From NCBI GenBank assembly GCA_030668705.1, contig DAOVFB010000018.1:1-23348 (forward strand): 23,348 nt of DNA. Direction: 5' to 3'. Shown here piece after piece: positions 1 through 8,546 of the stretch. The notes beneath the pieces are model-generated. The model was not told the DNA's origin. It did not search any database and saw only the letters and a program-made list of their open reading frames with translations. This stretch comes from Candidatus Stahliibacteriota bacterium. GTDB lineage: Bacteria; Hydrothermota; UBA3072. The position numbers were made by a program, and so were the translations under genes. Numbering within the stretch: position 1 is the stretch's first letter; each line of letters starts with the position of its first letter.

Positions 1-93
1 AGCATTCTCATCAAAAAAGATATCCTTTCCTTCTATACCTCTGTTCATGACATGATGGTAAGCTCCATTGAATGTGATCCTTGCCCTTCTCAT
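1..93 (-). CDS. IS200-like / REP-associated tyrosine transposase (RAYT, COG1943-type HUH Y1 transposase). Only the N-terminal 31 aa lie in the window; the gene runs off the left edge.
   Basis: The reverse complement of 1..93 translates to MRRARITFNGAYHHVMNRGIEGKDIFFDENA. This matches the conserved N-terminus of IS200/RAYT transposases (M.RR.RI...GA.HHV..RG......F.D). The ATG is at 93..91. Confidence 0.5.
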   Translation of the reverse strand, partial: MRRARITFNGAYHHVMNRGIEGKDIFFDENA

Positions 94-125
94 ATTATCA
101 ATATATAATGAAAAATGTCAAAATG

Positions 126-641
126 TCAAGCACCGACCCTATAGTACTCTAAAACATCTTTAATTGACCAGGGTTTTGCCTCATTCATAGAAAATCCAAG
201 TTTACTAACGTATTCCTTTAGTTTTTCAAGATTTGGAGCTTCTATTTCAAGAAAGGTTGGAATATCTGGATATGTATCTATTTCAAAATGAATATTATCT
301 TTAGTATATGATATCCTATGTTTAATGAATTTATGAAATTCTTTTAGACCTAACATTTCCAGTATTTCTACAACTGCATCTATTTTATCTACAATTATTG
401 TATATTCATCCATAACCTTTGCTTTTTCTTTAGATATCTCTTTTTTATAAGTCAGTTCAACCCGGTCGTCTTTCTTCCTTAACCTGAGAATTTTTCCTTC
501 TTTTGCCAACCTCCTGTCTTCAAAATCAAAATAGGTGGTTATAACATCCCCATCAAAAATTTTCCGAGCACCTAAACCTCTCAACCTCTCGATTACTTCC
601 ATTTTATCAACTTCTAAAATCTTTACTTCAATCTCTTCCAT
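126..641 (-). CDS. CYTH-domain protein (CyaB-like class IV adenylyl cyclase / triphosphate tunnel metalloenzyme)
   Basis: 171-aa ORF. It has the N-terminal EIEVK motif (MEEIEVKILEV) and the alternating charged beta-strand pattern typical of the CYTH/CyaB/ThTPase fold. It is the last gene of the operon. Confidence 0.65.
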   Translation of the reverse strand: MEEIEVKILEVDKMEVIERLRGLGARKIFDGDVITTYFDFEDRRLAKEGKILRLRKKDDRVELTYKKEISKEKAKVMDEYTIIVDKIDAVVEILEMLGLKEFHKFIKHRISYTKDNIHFEIDTYPDIPTFLEIEAPNLEKLKEYVSKLGFSMNEAKPWSIKDVLEYYRVGA

Positions 642-1384
642 CTCTTTACTATCCCAATTCCATTGGAAAACCAGTTAATAGTCCGGCACTTCATTCGTTC
701 AAAACCCCTGAATCTTTTATTTATCCCCAACTTTAAAGACAACGTGGTAATGTTATCTATTGTATAGACTCCCCACCTTCCAAGATAAAAGGGATTTTCG
801 TCTCCTATTGGAATGGAGGTAAAAGCCTTCCTGAAACCTACCTCTCCTACGATTCTCCAATCCTCCTCTTTTGCCCTTCCAAATGGATAGGAAAAATATT
901 TGACCCTCTCCCCTATTTCCTCTGAAATCCTATCATAGGATTCTCTTAAGTCCCTCTCCACCAAACCCACTGAAATCCTTGAATAATCTGGATGAAGATG
1001 AGAATGCGAACCAATAGTAATACCATACTTATGCATCTCCCTTATATTATCCCATGAGAGGTGAGTAAATGATTTACCAAGTGTTATATCCCAATAATTT
1101 CTCTTCCCCGCGTAACCACTTACGACGAATATTAACGCAGTAACACCTTCCTCCTTGAGTATTGGAAAAGCATATTTATAAAGTTCTAAGAATCCGTCAT
1201 CAAATGTTATAAGAACACCTGAAGTGCTTTCGAAAAAATCATCCGGAGGGAGGATTTTTAGTCCTCTCCTCTTAATGAATCGAATATGTTTTCTAAAGGT
1301 ATCCGGTGATACAATAGAACCATAGGGAGCAAGTGTAGGAGCTATATTATGATAGAGAAGGATCGACTTCATGGTAGAAATCAA
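623..1384 (-). CDS. Polysaccharide deacetylase (NodB-homology domain, CE4 family)
   Basis: 253-aa ORF with the ITFDDGF motif (the TFDDG Asp-Asp metal-binding motif) and a later HSHLHPD His motif. It overlaps neighbours at both ends. Confidence 0.8.
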   Translation of the reverse strand: MISTMKSILLYHNIAPTLAPYGSIVSPDTFRKHIRFIKRRGLKILPPDDFFESTSGVLITFDDGFLELYKYAFPILKEEGVTALIFVVSGYAGKRNYWDITLGKSFTHLSWDNIREMHKYGITIGSHSHLHPDYSRISVGLVERDLRESYDRISEEIGERVKYFSYPFGRAKEEDWRIVGEVGFRKAFTSIPIGDENPFYLGRWGVYTIDNITTLSLKLGINKRFRGFERMKCRTINWFSNGIGIVKRWKRLK

Positions 1385-2453
1385 GAACCTCCTGGCTTAC
1401 TTTTCTCCACGAATATTCTCTGGCACTTGAAATGCCCCCTCCTATTAAAGATTCTTGCAAGTCCTTATTCTTCATTACACGGATAATTGCCTTAGCAATC
1501 TCTCCAGAGTCAGAGGGTGGAACAAGCAAACCATTTACCCCATTCTCTATTACACACCGGTAACCGGGAATATCCGAAGCAACAACCGGAGTCCCGGAGG
1601 CCATGGCCTCAATAAGAACAATTCCAAAACTTTCTCCACTGATTGCCGGAGACACAAAAAGTGCAGCTTTCCTGAAAACTTCCGGTAAATCTTTCGGGTT
1701 TACAAAACCGAGAAAGCGAATGGAATCCTTGACCTTATCAAGAATTTTCAATTTTATTTTCTTATAACCTCCGCCTGCCACGGTAAGGCTTGCCTCTGGT
1801 ATTTCCTCTTTTACTCTGAGGAGGGCATCAATCAGGAACTGTAGCCCTTTCCGCGGTTCAATCCTCCCAACAAAGAGAATCTCCTTAGAGGACTCCTTAA
1901 AAAGCTCCCCAGGTGTAAAACGTTCCGTATCTACGCCATTAGGAATAATTCTATAGACCCCTGGAAAATACATTGCAATGGAATCATAGGCAGTCCTGGA
2001 CACGGCAATCTTCCCATGAATACGCTTGAAATAATTCTTCAAATATCTTTTAAACACCATAAGAGGGATAGAAGATTCAAATGTTGGATGGAATGTAAAG
2101 ATATTTACCCTCCTGGAAACCTTCAGCGCCAGGAGGGGAAGAGTTGGGGCAAGTGTCCCGTGGATATGTACGACTTCATATTTATTTACTATACTGGAAA
2201 GATTATCACTCCCAACTCCGTATGTAACCCTTGAACAAGAACGATTCGCAGGGATAATCATCGATTTCCCAATCCTTATCACTCTATTTTCATCGGGTCT
2301 TAAGTCTCCCTGAATATTAGCAGTAAGTATCGCGACCGAATGCCCCCTCCTCTCAAACTCATTTGCAAGATGATAGATGTGCTCACTAACACCGCCTATA
2401 TGCGGATAATAAATATCAGTAACAAATAAAATCTTCATTTGTTTATCTCTCAC
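1347..2453 (-). CDS. Family 4 glycosyltransferase (GT-B fold, PimA/RfaG-like)
   Basis: 368-aa ORF. N-terminus MKILFVTDIYYPHIGGVSEHIYHLA. C-terminal half has a typical GT4 signature (EPRKG...EAMASGTPVVASDIPG). Confidence 0.85.
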   Translation of the reverse strand: MRDKQMKILFVTDIYYPHIGGVSEHIYHLANEFERRGHSVAILTANIQGDLRPDENRVIRIGKSMIIPANRSCSRVTYGVGSDNLSSIVNKYEVVHIHGTLAPTLPLLALKVSRRVNIFTFHPTFESSIPLMVFKRYLKNYFKRIHGKIAVSRTAYDSIAMYFPGVYRIIPNGVDTERFTPGELFKESSKEILFVGRIEPRKGLQFLIDALLRVKEEIPEASLTVAGGGYKKIKLKILDKVKDSIRFLGFVNPKDLPEVFRKAALFVSPAISGESFGIVLIEAMASGTPVVASDIPGYRCVIENGVNGLLVPPSDSGEIAKAIIRVMKNKDLQESLIGGGISSAREYSWRKVSQEVLDFYHEVDPSLS

Positions 2454-2498
2454 AAAGACAGCAGAGTAAAATCAAATTTTTTCATAAACAAATTCCAG

Positions 2499-2512
2499 TA
2501 GGCCTGGGCCTA
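2499..2512 (-). terminator. Weak hairpin downstream of the acyltransferase gene, followed by a U-rich tract on the minus strand
   Basis: taggcc-tg-ggccta dyad at 2499..2512. Reading the minus strand it is followed by ctggaatttgtttatgaaaaaatttg. The stem is short, so this may only be a partial terminator. Confidence 0.2.
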
Positions 2513-2630
2513 ATTTATTATAGATTTTAAAACGATAATCCACTATTATCTTTGATATTTGATTTTCTCTTTTATTATCTTTTTTAATATTCTCTATATC
2601 CTTCATTTGCTCTTTGCGCCTTTGCGAGAA

Positions 2631-3494
2631 CTAGTCCTTCCAGACCCTCTGAAACACAAACCATTGATCGGGAAACATTGATATTTCTTTTTCAAGTAAA
2701 TTAACCATTGCCCTCATAAGTTCATCAGTAGAATCATAACCTTCCGGATAAATAGGATTAAATAGGCTAATCTTATAACGAGGTGTATCTGTATCTAAAA
2801 CAAAAAAACCTACTATTAGTGATGCTCCAGTCTTTTTTGAGAGGAGCGCTACTCCACGTGGAATTGATGTTACTTTCCCAAAAAACTCGCAGTCAACACC
2901 AGATTCTTGAATATCTCTATCTGCAACCAGAACAATAATTTTATTTTTTTTTAGTAACCTTACCAGATTGAAAACAAGTCTTCTATCCTCAAGGCGAAGA
3001 ATAGTACTACCAAGGTGCTCCCTGTAATGCAGGTAAAAGCGAAAGAATGCCATCCCTGGGCCCTTAGATTCTGCAACGGAATAGAGAGGAAAACCAAGAG
3101 AAGAAAGATAAGGTCCTGCCAGCTCCATTCCTCCAAGATGGGAAGCAACAAGGATTATCCCCTTTTTTTTCTTCAACTCCTCTCCAAAAAGATCTAAATT
3201 ATAGGGTTTAACCATAGAGTGCAAATAAGATGGGGACATATTTGGAATATTAAGCATATCACTATAAACCCGCATGAAGTTGATAAATGTTCTCTTTACA
3301 TCCTTCTCTTTTGCTTCACCCTTTATTACTCTTAAATTTTCTCTAATTACTTCTCTTCTGCCTCTGGCAACGAGATACCAGAGAAGACCTATGCCCCTCG
3401 CAATAACATCTCTACAACCAACTGTAGTAAATCGTGATATCTGGGTCATAACCAACATTAAAAATTGCTTCATATCAACGGCTTGTGGATCCAA
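2631..3494 (-). CDS. LpxL/HtrB-family lipid A-type (lysophospholipid) acyltransferase
   Basis: 287-aa ORF. The N-terminal region (QISRFTTVGCRDVIARGIGLLWYLVARGRREVIRENL) and the HX4E/D-like motif ASHLGGMEL fit the lauroyl/myristoyl acyltransferase family. It sits directly upstream of the GT4 gene. Confidence 0.7.
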   Translation of the reverse strand: MDPQAVDMKQFLMLVMTQISRFTTVGCRDVIARGIGLLWYLVARGRREVIRENLRVIKGEAKEKDVKRTFINFMRVYSDMLNIPNMSPSYLHSMVKPYNLDLFGEELKKKKGIILVASHLGGMELAGPYLSSLGFPLYSVAESKGPGMAFFRFYLHYREHLGSTILRLEDRRLVFNLVRLLKKNKIIVLVADRDIQESGVDCEFFGKVTSIPRGVALLSKKTGASLIVGFFVLDTDTPRYKISLFNPIYPEGYDSTDELMRAMVNLLEKEISMFPDQWFVFQRVWKD

Positions 3495-3909
3495 ATCCTC
3501 CTTTGTTTCTCTGTGTTTCTCCCAGATTCTCCACTTCTTTTAACTCAACTTTGACTATGGAAGTTATAACTAATTGAGCTATCCTATCCCCTTTCCCTAC
3601 TTTGAAATCCTTATCACTGAAGTTAAAGAGTATAACCTTTATTTCTCCTCTATAATCAGAATCAATTGTGCCAGGGGAATTAAGAACCCCTATTCCGGAA
3701 GTTGCAGCAAGTCCACTCCTGGCACGGACCTGCCCTTCCATACCCTCGGGCACCTCAATGGTAATTCCCGTGGGAATTGTTTTGAAATCGCCTGGACGAA
3801 CAATACATTCTTCTCTTGCATAAAGATCCAAGCCCGAACTTCCCTCTGTTTGATAATTCGGTATCGGGAGTGTCTTATCGAGCCGTTTAATTCTTACTCT
3901 TAAAGGCAT
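3475..3909 (-). CDS. dut: dUTP diphosphatase (dUTPase)
   Basis: 144-aa ORF with the conserved dUTPase motifs: GLDLYA, RSGLA, GVLNSPGTIDSDYRGEI and the C-terminal GGFGSTSR. Confidence 0.9.
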   Translation of the reverse strand: MPLRVRIKRLDKTLPIPNYQTEGSSGLDLYAREECIVRPGDFKTIPTGITIEVPEGMEGQVRARSGLAATSGIGVLNSPGTIDSDYRGEIKVILFNFSDKDFKVGKGDRIAQLVITSIVKVELKEVENLGETQRNKGGFGSTSR

Positions 3910-5083
3910 GAAGACCTTCTTTCAATATATTCATTGCATCTCGAAGGTCATCCTCCTTCAAAACATATGCTATCCTTGCCTCATCCTTACCTTTTCCAGG
4001 AGTCTTATAGAAACCGGCAGCAGGAGCAAGCATTGTAGTTTTTCCATCCTTTTCAAAATCAGTTAACATCCAGCGAACAAATTCTTCACTATCCTCCACA
4101 GGAAGCTTTATAACCGTATAGAAAGCCCCTTCTGGCTTTGAGGTAAATACACCATCTATTTTTTGAATTTCTTCGTAGACAACATTACGCCGATGTTCGT
4201 ATTCTTTTATCATATCAGATAAAAACTCATGTCGATGTTCAAATCCAGCGGTGGCTCCATATTGTTCTATAGTAGGAGGACATAAACGTGCCATCCCAAA
4301 TTTTAAAACCGTTTCGTACAATTCTTTATTTTTAGTTACGATGAATCCAATCCTTGCCCCACAACAACTAAATCTTTTCGATATAGAATCAGCCACGACT
4401 ATCCTATCTCGTGCATTATGAAATTCCAGGAAAGAGGAACATTGTCCTCCATCAAATACAAATTCCCGGTAAACCTCATCGGAAAATAACCAAAGATTGT
4501 TATCTTCAACTATTTTCACTACCATTTCCTTTTCATTCTTGGTTAACACCGTACCAGTGGGGTTATTGGGTGTACATATAAGAATTGCCTTAGTTTTGTC
4601 TGTTATAAGTGATTCTATTTTATCACGGGTAGGGAGATGAAATCCATCTTCAACAGAAGTGGTAATAGGCACGATATTAACATCGCCTATAGTAGCTATA
4701 CTGTTGTAATTAGCGTAGAACGGCTCAGGGACAAGAATTTCATCTCCAGGGTTTAAGGTTGCAAGCATTAAGAAAAGGACAGCTTCACTACCTCCAGTGC
4801 TGATAAAAACATCATCAGGTTCAATAGTCAGGGAATAATCCTCATTAAGATAATTAGCTATGGCCTTTCGTAACATTAGAATCCCCTGTGAAGGACCATA
4901 TTTTAAAACTTCTTGCTTGAAATCCCGTATTGGACCGAATATTAAATCAGGGGTCTTTACATCCGGCTGTCCTATATTTAAGTGGTAAACATGAACGCCG
5001 CGCGCCTTTGCCTCATCTGCATAAGGTATAAGTTTCCTTATGGGTGACTTAGGAATGGTTTTCCCTCTATTCGAAATCATCAA
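3887..5083 (-). CDS. Class I/II PLP-dependent aminotransferase (AspAT-like)
   Basis: 398-aa ORF with canonical fold-type I motifs: NPTG, DEVYREF and SISKRFSCCGARIG. The last carries the Schiff-base lysine and the Gly-x-Arg motif. Confidence 0.85.
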   Translation of the reverse strand: MMISNRGKTIPKSPIRKLIPYADEAKARGVHVYHLNIGQPDVKTPDLIFGPIRDFKQEVLKYGPSQGILMLRKAIANYLNEDYSLTIEPDDVFISTGGSEAVLFLMLATLNPGDEILVPEPFYANYNSIATIGDVNIVPITTSVEDGFHLPTRDKIESLITDKTKAILICTPNNPTGTVLTKNEKEMVVKIVEDNNLWLFSDEVYREFVFDGGQCSSFLEFHNARDRIVVADSISKRFSCCGARIGFIVTKNKELYETVLKFGMARLCPPTIEQYGATAGFEHRHEFLSDMIKEYEHRRNVVYEEIQKIDGVFTSKPEGAFYTVIKLPVEDSEEFVRWMLTDFEKDGKTTMLAPAAGFYKTPGKGKDEARIAYVLKEDDLRDAMNILKEGLHAFKSKN

Positions 5084-6237
5084 TCCTCCTTTTTTAAACC
5101 AAGATACCTATCAAGCGCATCTGACAGTATTTCAAGACCTTCTTCCATCATCTCAGAATCAAGATAGCGATAATCGATAAGTATCTCTCCGTTATCTTCA
5201 TAACTTTCCGAATGGAAGTATGTTGCTGGTGCAACAAAAACTGTCTTTTTATCTCGGTTGTACTCAGTTAATAACCACTCCACAAAGGATTCAGTGTTTG
5301 GAATCGGAAGTCGGAGAAAGATGGTTCCAGCTACCGCTGACAGGGAAGCTGAAATATCTTTCCTCCCTTCTATAAAGTGGTCAACAATTTTCCTTTTCGG
5401 GTTAATTTCTTCGTTTCTCTCTCCTATTATAACTTCCCTATTTTTCAGGAAATAATCTAGATAGGCAAGTTGATACGGAGATACCTGGAATAGATCCTTA
5501 GCGGTCCTCTCTATTTTTTGCGGTATTGCTTCATGAAATAGAAGAACTGTAACTTCATCCATTGAAAAGTCTTTCAATGGTGATGAAATCCTGATTATTC
5601 GCTCACTCTCTATAGCAATATTGTGCATTGGAGTATATTCTTCTTTATTTGTTATTAGATGAGAGAGCGTCTCATCAACAGCAAGATACAAATAATAATT
5701 TCTGCATATAAAGAGAATCCTTTCGAGGGTTTCTTCAGAGTAAGTTACACTACCAGAATAACTTGGAGAAGAATAATAAAACATCTTTGACCTTGGTGTT
5801 ATCTTACTCTCAACATCCTTCCTGTATGGAAGGTCGTAGTCATCCACCATACTTGTTTCCACGTAAAGGACTTTCAAGCCCAGAGATTCAGCATATTGTG
5901 TTAAGAAATAAGGAACAGGTGCAGGAGTTACAATTTCATCATTTAGATCCAGTGTAGAAAAGAAAAGAGTATAGTAGGCTGAAAATTGATTGGGAAAGAG
6001 TAATAATTTATAGGAGGGATCAACCCCCATATAACTCTTTAATCCTTCTATAATAATATCCATCTGCACTGGATTAACCTCTTTTAAAATGCCCTGGGAG
6101 ATAGGTTTAACCGTAAAAAGGTTAATTATCTGTACATTTTTGTCTCTCCAATACTCAAATCTCTCCTTATAAAGGTTGAACAAGAAAGGTTCGAAGAGAT
6201 TCGCTCTCCTCGATGCATAAGAATTACCAGATAACAT
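5080..6237 (-). CDS. Divergent aminotransferase-fold paralogue, possibly non-canonical or inactive
   Basis: 385-aa ORF, tandem to and overlapping the canonical aminotransferase. Overall it looks aminotransferase-like. The DEVY motif is DETL. The lysine region is ISSPLKDFS, with no downstream G-x-R. Confidence 0.5.
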   Translation of the reverse strand: MLSGNSYASRRANLFEPFLFNLYKERFEYWRDKNVQIINLFTVKPISQGILKEVNPVQMDIIIEGLKSYMGVDPSYKLLLFPNQFSAYYTLFFSTLDLNDEIVTPAPVPYFLTQYAESLGLKVLYVETSMVDDYDLPYRKDVESKITPRSKMFYYSSPSYSGSVTYSEETLERILFICRNYYLYLAVDETLSHLITNKEEYTPMHNIAIESERIIRISSPLKDFSMDEVTVLLFHEAIPQKIERTAKDLFQVSPYQLAYLDYFLKNREVIIGERNEEINPKRKIVDHFIEGRKDISASLSAVAGTIFLRLPIPNTESFVEWLLTEYNRDKKTVFVAPATYFHSESYEDNGEILIDYRYLDSEMMEEGLEILSDALDRYLGLKKED

Positions 6238-7459
6238 CTTTACTTCTGCCTAAAATAGTTATATCAAAAACTTCAGGTTTAAAGAAACGCTTCCGTAAAT
6301 CTCTTACCTCTTCAAACTTAACACTATCAATTCTTTCCAAAAGTTCCGGAGCAGAAAGCCTTTCCCCAAGATACATCTCCTCTTTAACATTCCTTACCAT
6401 CTTGTCAGTGTTATCTTCCAGTGAAATTACAATATTTCCCTTTGTCCTTTCCTTGGCAATATTAATTTCCTCAGAGGAAAATTTTAGAGAATTAAGCAAA
6501 TCAACAATTGCACTAAGTGTTTTCGATAATTTATTTTTATCTGTTGACAAGTAAATACCAAAGATACCTGTATCCCTAAAGAACTCGGTGAAGGCCGAGA
6601 CATAATACACCAGTCCCATCTCCTGTCGCAATTTCTGAAACAATCTCGAACTCATTCCCACTCCCAGAATGGAAAGTCCAATAAGAAAGGGAAACCTTTC
6701 TTGATTATCATAGGGAAAACACCTTGAAGTTAGGGCCACATATTCGTGATTCAACTCGGGCTTTCTTACCATATTAATCCGTGTATGATTCCCATTGACT
6801 TCTTTTCTCTTACATTCTTTACCCCTCCTATTTCCCAGTTTTTGCTCTACCTTGTTACACAAATCATCATGCTCTACCCTTCCTACCGCAGAAACGAACA
6901 TCCTATTCGTAGTATAATTCTCCTGCCAGAAGTTTTGAATATCTTTTGTGGATATCTTACTAACAGACTCCGGTGTTCCTAATATCGGAGAAGAAAGCGG
7001 ATGAGTCTTCCCCAAAGTGCTACCCAGGGCATTAAAAAATAGGAGACTCTCTGGAGAATCATAAAATCTTTTGATTTCTTCTTGTATGACAAGACGCTCC
7101 ATTTCAATCGCATCTTTGCGAAACAGGGGATTCCTTATCAGATCCGCCAAAACATCACAGGCAAGTGGGAGTTCGCAAGGCAACACGTGAGCATAGAAAG
7201 ATGTCCATTCCCTTGAAGTTGAAGCATTCAATGTCCCACCCCTGGCTTCTATAACAGTCGAAATATCTCTCTCGTTCCTTTTCTTTGTCCCCTTAAATAC
7301 CGAATGTTCAATAAAATGGCATATTCCCAATTCTTTCTTCTTTTCGTCCCTGGAGCCTGTATTCACGTAAAGCCCTATAATGGTAGAAAGAGCTGTAGGT
7401 ATATTTTCGGAGATAACTGTTACTCCTGAAGGCAGGACAGTTTTTCTATAACTAACCAT
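6224..7459 (-). CDS. M16-family (pitrilysin/insulinase) zinc peptidase
   Basis: 411-aa ORF with the inverted zincin motif HFIEH (HxxEH) near the N-terminus and a downstream NASTSRE...E region. Confidence 0.85.
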   Translation of the reverse strand: MVSYRKTVLPSGVTVISENIPTALSTIIGLYVNTGSRDEKKKELGICHFIEHSVFKGTKKRNERDISTVIEARGGTLNASTSREWTSFYAHVLPCELPLACDVLADLIRNPLFRKDAIEMERLVIQEEIKRFYDSPESLLFFNALGSTLGKTHPLSSPILGTPESVSKISTKDIQNFWQENYTTNRMFVSAVGRVEHDDLCNKVEQKLGNRRGKECKRKEVNGNHTRINMVRKPELNHEYVALTSRCFPYDNQERFPFLIGLSILGVGMSSRLFQKLRQEMGLVYYVSAFTEFFRDTGIFGIYLSTDKNKLSKTLSAIVDLLNSLKFSSEEINIAKERTKGNIVISLEDNTDKMVRNVKEEMYLGERLSAPELLERIDSVKFEEVRDLRKRFFKPEVFDITILGRSKDVIW

Positions 7460-7847
7460 GAACCCTTATCAATTTAGCTCTGGCCTGTGCATAGATTACA
7501 TGTTCGGAATCCCTTAAAATTGATTCCGCGGTAACCACCTTATCCTTATCTTCGATAACTTTACCTTCCACAATATATTCATATCCCGTTCTGACAGGTT
7601 TCTTATATCGTATTTTAATCTCTCCTGTAGCATATTGTCTCCCGAGTGACATACCTGCATAAATTGCGAGCTCATCAAGGACCGTGGCCACAAGTCCACC
7701 ATGGACAATACCGTTGTAACCCTGCATATAACGAGGGAAATTTATGCTGGCACGGGAACTTCCCTCCATAGTCTCCACATTCAGGCGTAATCCCCTTTCG
7801 TTCTTCTTTCCACAGGCAAAACAATAGTCATCCAGTTCAAATGCCAT
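7452..7847 (-). CDS. PaaI/hotdog-fold thioesterase
   Basis: 131-aa ORF with a GIVHGGLVATVLDE hotdog-fold core. It is the first gene of the operon and has a CxxC (DYCFACG) near the N-terminus. Confidence 0.75.
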   Translation of the reverse strand: MAFELDDYCFACGKKNERGLRLNVETMEGSSRASINFPRYMQGYNGIVHGGLVATVLDELAIYAGMSLGRQYATGEIKIRYKKPVRTGYEYIVEGKVIEDKDKVVTAESILRDSEHVIYAQARAKLIRVHG

Positions 7848-7945
7848 AAAGATATGATACAGAATTCACCCAATATGTCAATGGGAAATAGTCACTTCCC
7901 TCTTACCAATGAGGATTGAAAAGCGCCCTCCCCTACACAATTACT

Positions 7946-8105
7946 TTAGACACAGATTTTCACTGATATCAACTGATTAAAAACCCCTAACCCCATTGAA
8001 ATCTAAACGCAGATGAACGCAGATAGATATGAATAGAAGACACCCACCACCCAAGGAAATGAAACCGTAGATTAACACAGAAAAACGCAGATAAAACAAA
8101 AAATA
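7946..8105. repeat. Modular non-coding repeat region, homologous to 22779..23020 in direct orientation
   Basis: Shared segments: agacacagattttcactgatatcaactgat versus agacactgattttcactgatattaactgat (22796..). Also cacccaccacccaagg...gaaatgaaaccgtagat...aacgcagata versus cacccaccacccaaag / ggaaatgaaaccgcagatacacgcagata. Heptamers CACAGAT/CACTGAT/AACTGAT sit at 7951, 7961, 7971, and AACGCAGAT at 8006 and 8016, all with 10-bp spacing. Confidence 0.7.
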
Positions 8106-8128
8106 ATATGTGTTAACTAAAACTCATT

Positions 8129-8195
8129 CTCCAAAAATGGAGTAGCGTAACTTGTTACGCGCAAAGAATGAACGCAGAGCAAGCTCTGCCACTAC
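8129..8195. repeat. Three consecutive stem-loops; the 2nd and 3rd are flanked by GTAG on opposite strands (REP/BIME-like)
   Basis: Stem-loops at ctccaaaaatggag (8129..8142), gcgtaacttgttacgc (8145..8160) and gcagagcaagctctgc (8174..8189). GTAG lies at 8142..8145, and CTAC (GTAG on the minus strand) at 8192..8195. Confidence 0.4.
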
Positions 8196-8423
8196 AGTTT
8201 GTTTACACAAATATCACTTTGCGGGCTTAGCTCCCTTTGTGTTCTTTGCGTGAAATACTTTGGGTTTGAGAAATCAAATCTCTACAAAATTTTCTTTCTC
8301 TGTATCCTCTGTGGCAGAAAACCTTTCTGTCTTTACTAAGACACTTGTAAAAATGAGATATATCAATAAAATATATTTGAGAATCTTCGAATAAAATAAT
8401 AAGTAAAAGGATACTATAGGTAA

Positions 8424-8546
8424 ATGAAAGATGTAATATTAATAAAAAAATGCCAGAAAGGCGATATGGAAGCATATGGGGAATTGGTGAAGAAATATAT
8501 GAAAAGGGCATATAATACAGCCTGTGTTCATCTGCGGCATTATTAG
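8424..8546 (+). pseudogene. 5' fragment of an ECF (sigma-70 family) sigma factor gene, 40 codons, stopped at a TAG that abuts the repeat array
   Basis: Translates to MKDVILIKKCQKGDMEAYGELVKKYMKRAYNTACVHLRHY*. This matches the region 1.2/2.1 start of ECF sigmas (compare RpoE VERVQKGDQKAFNLLVVRYQHKV). No sigma continuation exists in any frame downstream; the sequence runs straight into ttattaggtgtttggtcttagg repeats. The ORF track skipped it because it is under 60 aa. Confidence 0.45.

Noticed and set aside
1455-3543. Several 60-110-aa plus-strand ORFs (1455..1688, 2016..2234, 3015..3197, 3274..3543, 3574..3903)
   Set aside because: All lie antisense inside strongly supported minus-strand genes and lack motifs.
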